A stretch of DNA of 64,000 nt from Malacoraja senta (lineage: Eukaryota): contig JAXLNO010001166.1 in assembly GCA_038087875.1 (NCBI GenBank), positions 558,001-622,000 on the forward strand, read 5' to 3'. The notes beneath the pieces are model-generated. The model was not told where the DNA came from. It saw only the letters and a list, made by a program, of their open reading frames with translations, and ran no database searches. Position 1 is the first letter of the stretch, and every line of letters begins with the position of its first letter. Made by a program: the position numbers and the translations under genes. Of this stretch, positions 1 through 12,800 are shown in pieces.

Positions 1-497
1 TGTCAAGCTTGAAACTGGTCAGAAAATATTTACAAGGATGTTGCCAGGACTAGAGGGTGTGAGCTACAGGGAGAGGTTGAGTAGGCTGGGTCTCTATTCC
101 TTGGAGCGCAGGAGGATGAGGGATGATTTTGTAAGAGGTATACAAAACCATGAGAGGAATAGTTCGGGTAGATGCACAGTCTTTTGCCCAGAGTAGGGGA
201 ATCGAGGACCAGATGACATAGTTTCAAGGTCAATGGGATAAGATTTAATAGGAATCCGAAGGGTAACGTTTTCACACAAAGTGTGGTGGGTGTATGGAAC
301 AAGCTCCCAGAGGAGGTAATTGAGGCAGGGACTATCACCTCGTTTAAGAAACAGTTAGACATGTACATTAATATGACAGGTTTGGAGGGATATGGACCAA
401 AGGCAGGCAGGTGGGACTAGTGTAGCTGGGACATGTTGGCCGGTGTGGATTAGTTGGGCCGAAGGGCCTGTTCCCAAACTGTATCACTCTATGACTC
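1..497 (+). mobile_element. CR1 LINE 3' fragment
   Basis: Degenerate RT C-terminal coding sequence (gagctacagggagaggttgagtaggctggg...), CR1 3' UTR and tail ctgtatcactctatgactc. Confidence 0.85.
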
Positions 498-1055
498 CAT
501 AACTAAAAGTCATGGAAGGAAGGAGATAAGTTTCATTGGAGATGGGTTGTATGATGTGAAAGTGTTCATCGAATGTAAAATTTCTGTTTGCATTCGACTA
601 GGTCAGTTTATCTTGGCATTACATTCAGCATATACATTGTGGGCCAAAGGGTGAGTTCCTGACCTGTAATATTCTGTATATGATAGACTACAAAGCACAC
701 ATTCACCCTGCCTCTGTTCCTGTACCTCTTCTGACTGATCTGTTGGGCTGAAACTCCAGCCCCAACCTCTTACACAATGTGAGACTTGTGGAATGACAAA
801 TACATTTCCATCACTTAGTGACTGGAGCACCTCAGGCACTGGGCCAAGTGTTTGCTGATAAACTGTCCACTATTGCCTGGGGTCTTGAGTGAACAAGGAA
901 CTCTTTCAATACCTTCTCAACTATCTAAAAGATCAGGTAACAGGGTGGAACGTAATTAATTCAATTTGAAGTTCATATTTATGTTATAAAATTAGATATG
1001 ATAAATATAGATTAATTGCATAAATGTATCTGTCATTGATAAACTTGATCTGTTC

Positions 1056-1205
1056 ACACCAATTTGAATCACATGCTCCGTTCAAAATTCCTCCATTCAC
1101 ACCATTCTGAATCACATACCCCATTCAAAAATGCACCCACCAACACCATTCTGAAGCTTATACCCATTCAAAAAATTATCCATTCACACAATACTGATTC
1201 ACATA
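1056..1205. repeat. Degenerate ~43-bp tandem repeat, about 3.5 copies
   Basis: Recurring acaccattctgaatcacatacccattcaaaaat-like units. Confidence 0.5.
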
Positions 1206-1211
1206 CCAAAT

Positions 1212-1338
1212 GTGTAGGAAGGAACTGCAGATGCCAGTTTACACGGGAGACAGACACAAAATGCTGGAGTAACTCACAGGCAGCATCTCTGGAGAGAAGG
1301 AATGGGTGAAATTGTGGGTCGAGATCCTACTTCAGACC
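1212..1338 (-). mobile_element. Penelope pLTR-derived short repeat, degenerate hammerhead core
   Basis: gtgtaggaaggaactgcagatg...gggtcgagatcctacttcagac, same family as 35829-36021. Confidence 0.7.
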
Positions 1339-1479
1339 AAGATGTGTTCAGATCCAATAGACTACTTTTAAATTCTGTGCATTCACATTTCCATCCAAAT
1401 CCCACTGACTCACATTTCAGTCAACATCTCCATTCTCATTGACATGCGATTTACACATAGGCCATGATGATTTTTCCCC

Positions 1480-1597
1480 AAAGGATCTCAACCCAAAACA
1501 TCACCCATTCCTTCCATCCAGAGATGCTGCCTGTGCCTCTGAGTTACTACGACATTTTGTGTCTATCTTCGGCTTAAACCAGCATCTGCAGTTCCTT
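1480..1597 (+). mobile_element. Penelope pLTR-derived short repeat
   Basis: aaggatctcaacccaaaacatcacccattcc...accagcatctgcagttcc. Confidence 0.65.
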
Positions 1598-2104
1598 TGT
1601 TTACATTAAGAATTCCTTGGACTTGTTTAGCATGGTTTGAACTCATTGTTTGAAAGCAGAATTCATTAACATTGTCCAATAGGGAGTGTGAGTATTTCTT
1701 TAAGTAAATGCCACAATTTGTTTGCTTTTCCTTGTGAAAGGCTGTGTTTGGTATTGGGTTTCCTGAATTCAACTGTAATCAATATCAGACTGACAGACAA
1801 AAAGCCTTGATCTCACCATTAACTATAGAGTAGCATGCAGTCTAGTTCAGGCTAGGCTGTGATGTCTCCCAGTAAATGGAAATAGCTCTCAAACATACCA
1901 TGTGCAAACTGATCCTCAAAGTTCGGTCGTGTGAGAAAGGTATTGTAGAGTGTGTGTCTACTTACAGCTAAAGCACAACAAGAGGTCAGTGCACTTGTAT
2001 CAGAGAAATTGATTAAAACATTTTTAAATAACCTACGCCTTTCCAGAGAATGCCATCTTGTAACAAAAGGCCTGTTATCAATAGATTATGAGAGGTGGCT
2101 GTTG

Positions 2105-2430
2105 ATTGAATTGAATTGAATACTTTATTGTCACATGTGACAAGTCTCAGTGACATTCTTTGCTTGCACACACAAGGTATGGAAATATTTGCTCATAAAG
2201 GGCGTTTACAAAGTTACAAATTCCCGTCCCCCACGCCGGGTCCTCCTTTGCTCCTTCCCTCAGCAGCGGCGTCCTCAATTCCACGAGTCCGTTCTCGTCC
2301 ATCGGTCGGCGCCATCATCGACCGCCACACTGGCCTTTTCATTAACGCTGTCGGGTCCTCTCCGGACGCCTTCGTGGCACCGGCCCAGGCCCCAGTTGCG
2401 GGCTCCATTCACTCAGGCAAGAAGTAACTG
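2105..2430 (-). mobile_element. 3' end of unclassified non-LTR element
   Basis: (ATTCA)n-type tail and tttattgtcacatgtgac motif shared with 7030-7112. Confidence 0.5.
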
Positions 2431-2609
2431 AGTTATGTGCAAAGCTTTTTTTTTTCATATCTACATTCTCAGTCAGAGAGCCACGGGTCAATATCCCACC
2501 AAAGAAACATCAGTGGAATCTAGTGCTATACAGGGCGTTCTGCAGAGTTTGTGATGCAATTTTACTACCACATGTTAAACCAAAATACTACCAGGCCGGC
2601 ACAATAATA

Positions 2610-2940
2610 ATAATAATAATAATGGATGGGATTTATATAGCGCCTTTCTAATACTCAAGGCGCTTTACATCGCATTATTCATTCACTCCTCAGTCACACT
2701 CGGTGGTGGTAAGCTACTTCTGTAGCCACAGCTGCCCTGGGGCAGACTGACGGAAGCGTGGCTGCTAATCTGTGCCTACGGCCCCTCCGACCACCACCAA
2801 TCACTCACACACATTCACACACATTCACACGCAGGCAAAGGTGGGTGAAGTGTCTTGCCCAAGGACACAACGACAGTATGCACTCCAAGCGGGATTCGAA
2901 CCGGCTACCTTCCGGTTGCCAGCCGAACACTTAGCCCATT
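2610..2940 (-). mobile_element. SINE or LINE fragment with L2-type tail
   Basis: (ata)n tail followed by ttatatagcgcctttct...ctcaaggcgctttac, typical of L2-tailed elements. Confidence 0.55.
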
Positions 2941-2944
2941 AACT

Positions 2945-3515
2945 GGCAGAGCTGCTCCCTCAGTGCTAGAGAATATTGTGAGCAATTCTGGGCACTATAT
3001 CTGAGAAAGGATGTGCTGGCTCTGGAGAGTGTCCAGAGGAGGTTTACAACAATGATCCCAGAAATGAGTAGGTTAACCTATCATGAACATTTGTTAGCAC
3101 TGGGCCTGTACTCTTTGGAGTTTAGAAGAGTGAGGGGAGACCTCATTAAAACCTACAGAATAGTGAATGGTTTGGATAGAGTGGATGTGGAGAGGATGTA
3201 TCCACTAGTGAGAGAGTCTAGGACTAGAGGTCATAGCCTCAGAATTGAAGGACATTTTTTTAGGAAGATGAGGAGAAATTTCTTAAGGCAGAGGGTGAGA
3301 AATCCATGGAATTTGTTGCCACAGAAGGCTGTGGAGGCCGTCAGTGGATATTTTAAAGTCAGAGATAGATAGATTTTTGATTGGTACAAGTGTCCAAGGT
3401 TATGGGGAGAAGGCAGGAGAATTGGGGTGAGGATGGAGAGATAGATCAGTAATGATTGAATGGTGGAGTGGACTAGATGGGCCGAATGGCCTAATTCTAC
3501 ACCCATTCCTTATGA
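2945..3515 (+). mobile_element. CR1 LINE 3' fragment
   Basis: ORF 3013-3372 (LESVQRRFTTMIP...RTRGHSLRI) is CR1 RT C-terminus; CR1 3' UTR follows. Confidence 0.9.
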
Positions 3516-3529
3516 CCTGGCCTTGTTCC

Positions 3530-3760
3530 TGCCCTCAAGTACTGTCCGTGTGGAGTTTGCACCTTCCCCCTGTGACTGCGCTGGCTTCCTCCAGGTGCTC
3601 CAGCTTCCTCGTACACCTTAAGCACGTGGTGGCTTGTTGCTTAATCGGCCTCCGTGAAGTCAAAATGTGATGCATAAATGTGATAACACTGAACTGGTGT
3701 GAACGGATGGTCAATGACTGGTGTGGATTCGGTGGGCTGAATGGCCTGATATATATTTCA
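3530..3760 (+). mobile_element. HE1-like SINE, partial
   Basis: ctgtccgtgtggagtttgcac...tcggtgggctgaatggcctg body and tail. Confidence 0.6.
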
Positions 3761-3869
3761 GCCCTCTAAAAAATAATCCCAAAACGTTATTTAAGGAATA
3801 CAGGTTAATCCCAGAATCCTCATTGATATTTTTCTTGCAGTTGATACCACTGAAGAACACAGATCATCT

Positions 3870-4170
3870 GTCGCTCATCACATTTCCCTTTGAATGAAAA
3901 TTGGAAGCAGTGTTTGAGAGTGTCAGCTGTGAGGACAGGTTGGACAAACTTAGATCATTTGCTCTTGTGGAGTTGGAATATGAGGGGGATAAAGGACACC
4001 TGATGGAAGTATATATAATTATGAGAGACACAGAGTAGAGAGGAGTAAATCTTAAATGATTTTTTACACAGAGAGTGGTGGGTGCTTGGAGCATGCTGTC
4101 AGAGGAAGTAGTGGAAACAGATATGATAGCAATGTTTAAAGGCATTTAAACAGGCATGTATGTGGTACTG
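3870..4170 (+). mobile_element. CR1 fragment, degenerate
   Basis: gaggacaggttggacaaactt...ttttacacagagagtggtgggtgcttgga. Confidence 0.65.
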
Positions 4171-4469
4171 CTCTATGTTTTATGTTAACTAATAAATTGA
4201 TTTAGACTGTCGTGCCACACAGTGGCTCTTTTATTTTTTTTTAAATTATTATCTTTTTTATCAATTTATACTCTGTTTATGGGCCTGTTAGGCTGCTGCA
4301 TGTAATAATGTAATTGTTCTGTTGTTGGAACATTTAATTAGACATTTCATTAAAGAAGCTTAATTCAGATTCAGATTCAACTTTATTGTCATTGTGCAGT
4401 GTACAGTACAGAGACAACGAAAACTTGTCTCTCTTGGGTCCTGACATGTGAACAGAGAGGAAATGAAGG

Positions 4470-4605
4470 GGTGTGTGGAAAGGAACAGCAGATGCCGGTT
4501 TAAACCAAAGGTAGACACAAAAATCTTGAGTAACTCAGCGGGAAAGGCAGCATCTCAGGAGAGAAGGACTGGTGAAGTTTTGGGTCGAGACCCTTCTTCA
4601 GTCTG
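4470..4605 (-). mobile_element. Penelope pLTR-derived short repeat
   Basis: ...ttttgggtcgagacccttcttcagtc, the reverse complement of the ctgaagaagggtctcgacccaaaa core. Confidence 0.7.
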
Positions 4606-5064
4606 GATAGACCATGTGCAGGAAGATGGGATTAGTTTGTAATGGCAACATAGCCAGCACAGACATTGTGATGCTAGAGCTTATCCCTGTGTCATCCTGC
4701 TCAATGTTCTTTCTTTATTCATTCAATAGTGTTTACATTTCAAGAAATACTCAGTGGTTCTAAATGTTTTTAAAATGTTGTGAAAGGTTTTGCAAGAATG
4801 AATCTATATATTTTACATTTTTCTCAGTTTTTCATATTCTGATTTACATTGTAAAGAATCTCATTGCGTACGCACACAGAAACCAACCAAACAGTATCAT
4901 ACTTCAAGGCCAGAGTTTATGTTGCACTTGAACCTGCAAACACCCTTCTTGGTATAACTTTATCAGTGTAACCATCTGTTGGCTTGTTACCTATTTGTTT
5001 ATCGAAGCAGCTTGCTGTTAAATAAAGGTGTTATATTTACCTCAGCTTCTCACGATGCAGCAGA

Positions 5065-5435
5065 TCCGGACCTCATTGAAACTTACCAAATAGTGAAAGG
5101 CCTGGATAGAGTGGATGTTGAGAGGATGTTTCCACTAGTGGGAGCATCTCAGAAGAGGGCAAAGCCTCACAATTAAAGTACATTCCTTTAGGAAGGAGAT
5201 GTGGAGGAATTTCTTTATTCAGAAGGTGGTGAATCTGTGGAATTCTGCCACGGAAGGCTGTGGAGGTTGTCAATGGATATTTTTTAAGGCAGAGATAGAT
5301 AGATTCTTGAATAGTACGGGTGTCAGGGGTTATGGGGAGAAGGCAGGAAAATGGGGTTTGGAGGATAGGATAGATCAGCCATGAATGATGGGATGAATGG
5401 CCTAATTCTGTTCCTATCACTTATGATCTTATGAT
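5065..5435 (+). mobile_element. CR1 LINE 3' fragment
   Basis: DLIETYQIVKGLDRVDVERMFPLVG and CR1 tail. Confidence 0.85.
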
Positions 5436-5734
5436 TGAGTAAATAGCTGTCTGCAGTATTAACAATGACAAAACAAGTATATAGCTCAGTGTAGCATGCT
5501 AAAGTCTTGGTAAAACTTGTTCAAAAGTATTTTAATAAATGCTCATAATTCAGAAATGACATTGGTGGATGAACAATGAAATTCTCAGTCTGTTGCACAT
5601 AAAATACTTCCAGAGCTATTACACCACAGCTTTAATAATGAGTATTGTTACCAGTGATCTGTCGGGTCAACAAAACACAGCCCCCATACGTTACCGTGTT
5701 CCATAAATATTCACTGGACATGGTACTGGGATGT

Positions 5735-5975
5735 TGTCTATGTGGAGTTTGCATGTTCTCCCTGTGACCACGTGGGATTTCTCCCGGTGCTCCGGTTTCC
5801 TCGCACATCTCAGTGATGTACAGGTATGTAGGTGAGTTGGCCTTTGTAAAATTGCCCTAGTGTATCAAAAGAGGATGTGAAAGAGGGACAACATAGAACT
5901 GGTGTGTAGGATGGTTGGTATCAACTCGATGAGCTGAAGGCTCAGCATCCATGCTGTATCACTCAACTAAACTAA
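5735..5975 (+). mobile_element. HE1-like SINE, partial
   Basis: tgtggagtttgcatgttctccctgtgaccacgtggg... Confidence 0.65.
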
Positions 5976-6169
5976 GCAATATTATGTAAGCTGTGGTGTA
6001 GAGCATGGTTCGTATTAAAAACAAAGATCCTTGTTGACTGGCCCATCAAATACTTGAAGCACTGAGTGAAGCAGTAAATGCAAAGGCAATTACTTCTCCA
6101 CTACACCATCAGGTATGTGAACAAGGAATGCAGGTTACAGTATGTGACAAAGAGAAGTGGCAAAATAAC

Positions 6170-6352
6170 TAGGAACGAACTGCAGATGCAGGTTTAACCC
6201 GAAGATGGGCTCAAAAAGCTGAAGTGACTCAGCGGGTCAAACAGCATTTCTGGAGTCTGAACAAGGGTCTCATCCCGAAATGTCACCTATGTCTTGTATC
6301 CAGAGATGCTGTCTGATCCGGTGAGTTTCTCCAGCTTTTTGTGTCTATCTCT
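6170..6352 (+). mobile_element. Penelope-derived repeat with inverted arms around a degenerate hammerhead core
   Basis: Head-to-head arms flank ctgaacaagggtctcatcccgaaatgtc. Confidence 0.65.
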
Positions 6353-6774
6353 GGCAAGATATGTATATGATGTTTGAGAGGCTTTTAGATCGACAAACTG
6401 ATCTACAGGAAATAGAGGGATATGGATCATATTGCAGTTGGATGGGATCAGTTTAGCATCTCATCATGTTCACCACAGACATTGTGGGCCAAAGGGCCTC
6501 TTCCTGAGATGAATATTTTTATGTTTTTTATAAAATAAGTTTAGTAATCAGCTGTAAGCCCCCTTGAACAGACTGCATCATTCAATAACATAATGTCCAA
6601 TCTGATTTTGATCAGTTTACTGCATTATTCCTGCTACCTTTGATTCATTTCTGATCTAAAACTCTCTATATCTCAACCTGGAAAATATTCATGCACCTTG
6701 TCTTCACAGCTGGAATAGAAAGTTCAGGCAAATCATACACCTCCTGGAAAATAAATCTTCTTCGTAACTATTTT

Positions 6775-7112
6775 AAAGAGGGACCCAACATGGGAGGACT
6801 GCCGAGAACAAAGATAACAAAGAGGGTCCTAGGGTTGTGGGGGAGGGGGGCGCGGATAACACAGGTGAACCCAACATGGAGGGGCTGCCGAGAACAAAGA
6901 GGGTCCCGGGGTTGGGGGGGCTGCGGATAACACAGGTGAACCCAACATGGAGGGGCTGCCGAGAACAAAGAGGGACCATTGGGGACTGTAATGATTACTT
7001 TGTAACTGTGTCGACACCCTATACATGGTGACTCTTTCTATACCTTGTGTATGTTATGCAAAACAAAGAATCTCACTGTGACATGTCACATGTGATAATA
7101 AAGTATCAATCA
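6775..7112 (+). repeat. About 70-bp tandem repeat (x3) in the 3' end of a non-LTR element
   Basis: cccaacatggaggggctgccgagaacaaagaggg repeated three times; tail ...gtcacatgtgataataaagtatcaatc. Confidence 0.7.
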
Positions 7113-7249
7113 GTCAAATAGGCGACCTTTTATTCCAAAATGTGGCGCAATGTATGACTTTGGAATCACAGGGTAACTGCAGTGAAGACAGCACTTGAAA
7201 AATTTATGGCTGAATGTAAAGCCATCAGTCAGCATTGATACAATAAAGA

Positions 7250-7745
7250 GCATAGAACATAGAACAGTACAGCACAATAACAGGCCCTTTGACCCACAAT
7301 GTTTGTGCCGAACATGATGCCAAGACCAATTGTTATCTGCTTGCACATAATCCATATCCATCCATTCCCTGCATATACATGTGCCTATCTAAAAGTCTCT
7401 TAAATGCCACTATCATATCTGCTTCCACCACCACCCCCGGCAGCACATTCCAGTCACTCGCCACCCTTGGCGTAAAACACTTGTCCTGCACATCTTTTTT
7501 AAACTTTGCCACTCATTGTAAAGCTATACCTGCTCTTATTTGATATTTCCTTCCTGGGTAAAAAGTCTGATGGTCTACCCTATCTCTACTCCTCCCAGTT
7601 TGATATATTACTGTCAGGTCTCCCCTCAATCCCCGACATGCCAGAGAAAACAATCCAACTGTCCAGTGTGTCCAACTTCTCCCTGTGGCTAATACCCCAC
7701 TAATCCAGGCATCATTCCGGTGGACCTCCTCTGCATCCCAAAGGA
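7250..7745 (-). mobile_element. CR1 LINE 3' fragment fused to TM exon
   Basis: Minus strand tgcagaggaggtccaccggaatgatgcctggattag..., with tail (atagaac)n at about 7250-7265. Confidence 0.8.
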
Positions 7746-7941
7746 AGCTGATTGTGCTTCATGGTCACTGCAGTCGTCTCCTGGTCTCTGCTGTTGTCAG
7801 CTGGTCCCTGTTCATTGAAAGGTTTTATCTTTTTCCTCTTCTTCCAGCAACCAATTCCAAGGATGATCCCCAGGAGAATGAGAGGAACAATTACAGCTCC
7901 AGTCACGATCCTAATCTTTATATCTTCTTTTGCTGTCCTCT
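7712..7941 (-). pseudogene. Transmembrane plus cytoplasmic exon of MHC class I-like gene A
   Basis: Acceptor tgccaacag| at 7942, phase 1. Encodes (E)RTAKEDIKIR-IVTGAVIVPLILLGIILGIGCW-KKRKKIKPF... Phase-compatible with the alpha3 exon at 19786-20058. Confidence 0.7.
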
Positions 7942-8569
7942 CTGTTGGCATATATAGTGCATTTTAAACATTTATTGATCAATAACAACTTTGTAATGAT
8001 TTTATTATCTAAATTAAACTAGCACTGTTCATATCTAATTTAAAAAGTAGTAAAGTTCTTGATTTATGTATTTATACAGAGGATGGATGTGCTTAAAATG
8101 ATCAATGAAAAATCATTAAGCTCATATTAGTATTATGGTATTGAGATTTTATCTGCAGCATTTAATTAAGAATTTAAAGAATCAAGTACGTCAGAAATAG
8201 ATGACTATTTGCAGTGTAGAGGTCAACAAGGCCATTTTCTTATGTTGATTATTGTTATTATAGCAAATAAGTGAACCCATTTATAGTTGATAAAACTTCA
8301 AAGGTTTTAAACTTTGCTGATATTTCAATGATAACTGAGTTTAATTTTCTCTCTCGCTCTCTCGCAACAGATTTTCTCTCTCGCTACTTCAGACTGATAA
8401 TGGGGTCGGTTATGGCACCACTATTGGTCTTTTGTGTAACTAACTACTATCAGAAAATTAGCTAGATGCCCAAGGAAGAAGATAAGAGACCTTGGCCAGG
8501 ATCAGCTTCCACTGTTCCTACATTTGGATGAGTGAGTTAAGGGTGACATGAGAATAATTTTGACCATAA

Positions 8570-8917
8570 GATATTGGAGCGGAATTATGCCTTTCAAGTC
8601 CATTGAGTCTACTCCACCATTCAGTCATGGCAGATCGATTTTTACTGCTAAATCCCATTCTCCAGCCTTCTCCCTGTAACCTTTGTCACCCGTACTAATC
8701 AAGAACCTATCAATCTCTGCTTGAAAAATATGCAATGACGACGCACACAGCTGTTTGTATCAATGAATTCCACAGATTCACCACCCTGTGACTAAAGAGA
8801 TTCCTCCTCATCTCCATATTGAAGGTAGGTATTTTTATTGTGAGGCTGTGCTAGACTCTCCCATTACTGAAAACATCCTTTCCCATCAACTAACCAGGCA
8901 TTTCATTATCTGGTAGG
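8570..8917 (-). mobile_element. CR1 fragment, left part; continues at 18583
   Basis: Sequence is contiguous across the hAT insertion: ...ttcattatctggtagg|tttcaatgagatt... Confidence 0.8.
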
Positions 8918-9849
8918 CAGGGCCGGATTTACATATAAGATGGACAAGCTTCAGCTTAGGGCCTCGAGATCTAGGAGGGGCTCGCAGAGCCAGATTTACC
9001 ACTAGGCTTCATAGGCTGAAGCCTCGGGCCCTGAAATATAGGGGGGCCTCCGGCCAAGGCAGGACACCAGCCATTCAACTCTGGGCGGGGCGGCCCCCTC
9101 TCTATCTCTATCTCCGTCTGTCACTCTCCGTGTCCGGGTCTCCGTTCTCCGCTCGCTCCTCATCCGCCGGCACGGCCGGCCTCCTTGTACATGCGCACTG
9201 CTACGGCCAGCACGTCCTCCCCTGCACATGCGCACAACCACGGCCCGCACATCATCGGCCACCCTGAGCATGCGCACTGCCACGGCAACTGGTCAGCGCT
9301 GGGTACTTTCTCCCTCGCTTTGAATTGTGGGAGATTTGGCCGCCATTGCTGTCCGGTTGCTGCCTCGCCGCAACCGCTGAAAACTAACACAGAATCACTC
9401 CCTGACCCTGGATCAGGAGTAACTCCCTCGAGTAACTCTCGCTTCTGTTTTCCTGGTCCTCCATAAATATTCTTTTTTTTTAAATTTTTTAAATTATTTT
9501 TATTAGAAGTACGGTAAATTACAGTAATACACAACACTTATATCTTAATACATTTTTTATACCGCTTCATTTTTTTGAGCTTTAAGAGAAAGATAGAAGT
9601 AAGAAAAGTAAAGAAAGTGCGCAAGAGTCGTGAAGTGCAAGAGAGTGTTGGGAAAAGAAAGCCACTTAGAAAAGAAGTTAGAGAAGGAAGTAAAGTAAGA
9701 AAGTAGATCCTAGAAAAGAAAGAAAAAGAAAGTAGGAACAATCGCAGAAAGGGAACCACCAACCAAGTCTGTTTTTATTGTTTTACCTCCCATTACCAGG
9801 TCCTGATACCATTTCTTTATTTATTTATTTTTTAAATTACTATTGCACC

Positions 9850-12800
9850 TCATGCTTGTAATAGGTCCAAAAACGTAGACCACGTCTTTTTGAATTGGTC
9901 TGCTTTACCTGCTAAGAGGAATATCTTCTCTTCCAGATGTAATGTTTCCAACATATTTGATGTCCACATTTTTATTGTTGGTGTGGGCGCATTTTTCCAG
10001 AATTTAAGTATGAGCCTTTTTCCCATTATTAGCCCGTAATTGAATAAGTTCTTCTGATACACGTTTAATTCAGGGATACCTTCCGATATTCCAAAAATGA
10101 TCCATTCTGGTTTTGGTACCAGTTTTATTTTAATTAATTTTGAGAAAATATCAAATATTTCATACCAGAATTTTTGGATTTTTGTACAAAAAACAAAAGA
10201 ATGCGCTATGGTAGCTTCTTGACATAGACATTTATCACAGATTGGTGAAACATTAGGAAAGATTTTATTTAATTTAGTTTTTGAATAATATAGTCTATGT
10301 AATGTTTTGAATTGGATGAGCGTATGCCGTACGTTGATCGAACATTTATGCACCTGTAGTAAGTGGTTATCCCAGCTCTCTTTTGAAATTTTTATAGCTA
10401 ATTCTTGTTCCCAGTCTCTTCTAATTCCATCTGTTGTGGGTATTTCTATGTTTAAAATGATATTATATAAGTACGATATTAGATTAGCTGATTCCGCCTT
10501 TGTCTTCATTGCTTCATCTAGTAAGTCGGAAGGCATATTATGATAGTCTTTTGTATATTTTTTCAGGTAATCACGAATTTGTAGATATTTAAAATATTGA
10601 TTATTTTTCAGATTATATTTCAGTTGTAGTTGTTGAAATGATAGTAATTTTCCCAATTCATACAGATCTTCGAGCATTTTGATTCCCATTCTTTCCCATT
10701 GTATAAATGATTTGTCTATGGTTGAAGGTTTAAACGATGGGTTATTAACTATTGGTATTGAGAGAGATAGGTTTCTTAATTTTAGATTCTGTTTTATTTG
10801 TTTCCATGTTCTAATTGTGCTATTTATAATTGGGTTTTTATTATAATTTTTATTATTCAAATTTATTGGAGAGAGAATAAATTTATTACTATATTACTAT
10901 AATTACTATATTACTATATTACTCCTATATTACTCGGGGAACAGTCCCCTTTTTCCATTATAATCCAGTCCACCTGCTGGGCAGAATTGTCCAGCAGGTG
11001 AATCATATTTTTAATATTTACTGCCCATTTATAATACATAAAGTTAGGGAGCGCGAGACCACCCGACTCTTTTTGTTTATTAAGGTGTGCACTTTGTATT
11101 CTATGGGATTTATAATCCCATATAAAATTTGTAATGTCTGAGTCCAATTTTTTGAAAAACTTTTTTGGGAGATATATAGGTATTGATTGAAATAGGTATA
11201 GGATTTGTGGTAAGAAAATCATTTTTATAGCATTTATTCTGCCTATTAAGGACATCGGAAGTGTTTTCCAGAATTTAATCATATTATTTAATTTCTTAAG
11301 TAAGGGATTATAATTGGCTTTAAACATATCCTGGTAATATCTAGTAATTTCAATTCCCAAATATTTGAATTTTTCTGTAGCTATTTTAAAGGGGAATTTC
11401 CTGAGGTGTGTTGAGTCTTTTGGTTTTATCGACATAATTTCACTTTTGTTCCAATTTATTCTATATCCTGAGAAGGATCCAAAGTTCTCAATTAAATTTA
11501 ATATATTTGGTATACTAATTTGTGGTTTTGTGATGTACAGTAGTACATCATCGTCATATAGGGATATTTTGTTATTTGAGTATTTTGTATTATAACCGTA
11601 AATATCCATGTGTGTTCTTATTTTTTCAGCAAGGGGTTCAATTACTAAAGCAAATAACAGCGGTGATAATGAACATCCTTGTCTATTGCCCCTTGATAGT
11701 TCAAATTTCGAGGATAATATATTAATAGTTAGTATTCTAGCCGTAGGTTTGTTATATAATAGTTTTATCCATGCAATGAAGTTCTCTCCCAAATGGAATT
11801 TTTGCAATACTTTAATCATATAGTCCCATTCTACATGATCAAACGCTTTTTCTGCGTCCAATGAGATGATAGATAACTCTTGGTCCTGAGATTTATGTGA
11901 GTGCATTATGTTAAGCAAACGTCTCAAATTATTAAATGAATGTCTCTTAGGTATAAATCCTGTTTGATCCTCATTTATTAGTCTACTAACATACCTGCTT
12001 AGTCTACTGGCTAGTGTTTTCGCTATTATTTTTTGATCCGTATTTAACAAAGCAATAGCTCTAAATGATCCTGGTTCTTCTATATTTTTATCTTTTTTAA
12101 GTATTAATATGATCGTTGATTCTGCTAGTGTTTCAGGTACGTTTTGCTCTTTAAAAGCATGTGTATACATTTTCTGTAATCGTGGAGTAACTATGTCATA
12201 ATTTTTTTTATAAAATTCATTACTGAATCCGTCTGGTCCTGGTGTTTTTCCATTCTTTAGTGTTTTTATTGTGTCTTCTATCTCCTTAGAAGTAATTTGT
12301 GCTCCCAGTTCCTCTTGTTCCCTCAGTTCTAATTGTGGTAGGTTACAGTTATCTAAAAATTCTGAGAGTTTATTATTGTCTATTAACGTTTTAGATGTGT
12401 ATAGATTCTGGCAAATCTTTTATTGATATCCTTGGGTAGTGTTAATAATTCCCCTCTGTCTGATTTAATCTTTAATATTGCATTCTCTTTTTCCCGTTTT
12501 TTCAGTTGCCGTGCTAGGAGTTTGTGGGGTTTGTCCCCGAATTCGAAGTGTTCTTGTTTTGTGATTTGAAATAATGTTATAACTTTCTCTGACAGTAATT
12601 TATTTAGCTTGAATTTCAATAGTAGGATTTTATTATGTTTATCCATAGTTAGATCTTTAGCATTATCTGTATCTAGTTGTTTTATTTGTTCTTCTAAATG
12701 TCTTTGTTCATTCTTATTCTTTTTATTTTGATAAGCTTGGAATGAAATAATGACTCCTCTAATAAATGCTTTGAAGGATTCCCATAATAGCGTGGGGGAA

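Noticed and set aside
603-839. Minus-strand ORF WTVYQQTLGPVPEVLQ... as a possible Ig or MHC exon
   Set aside because: No Ig cysteine spacing or class I motifs; no convincing splice pair.
1745-1790. GFPEF motif reminiscent of class I alpha1
   Set aside because: Wrong strand relative to the other exons, and flanking residues do not fit alpha1.
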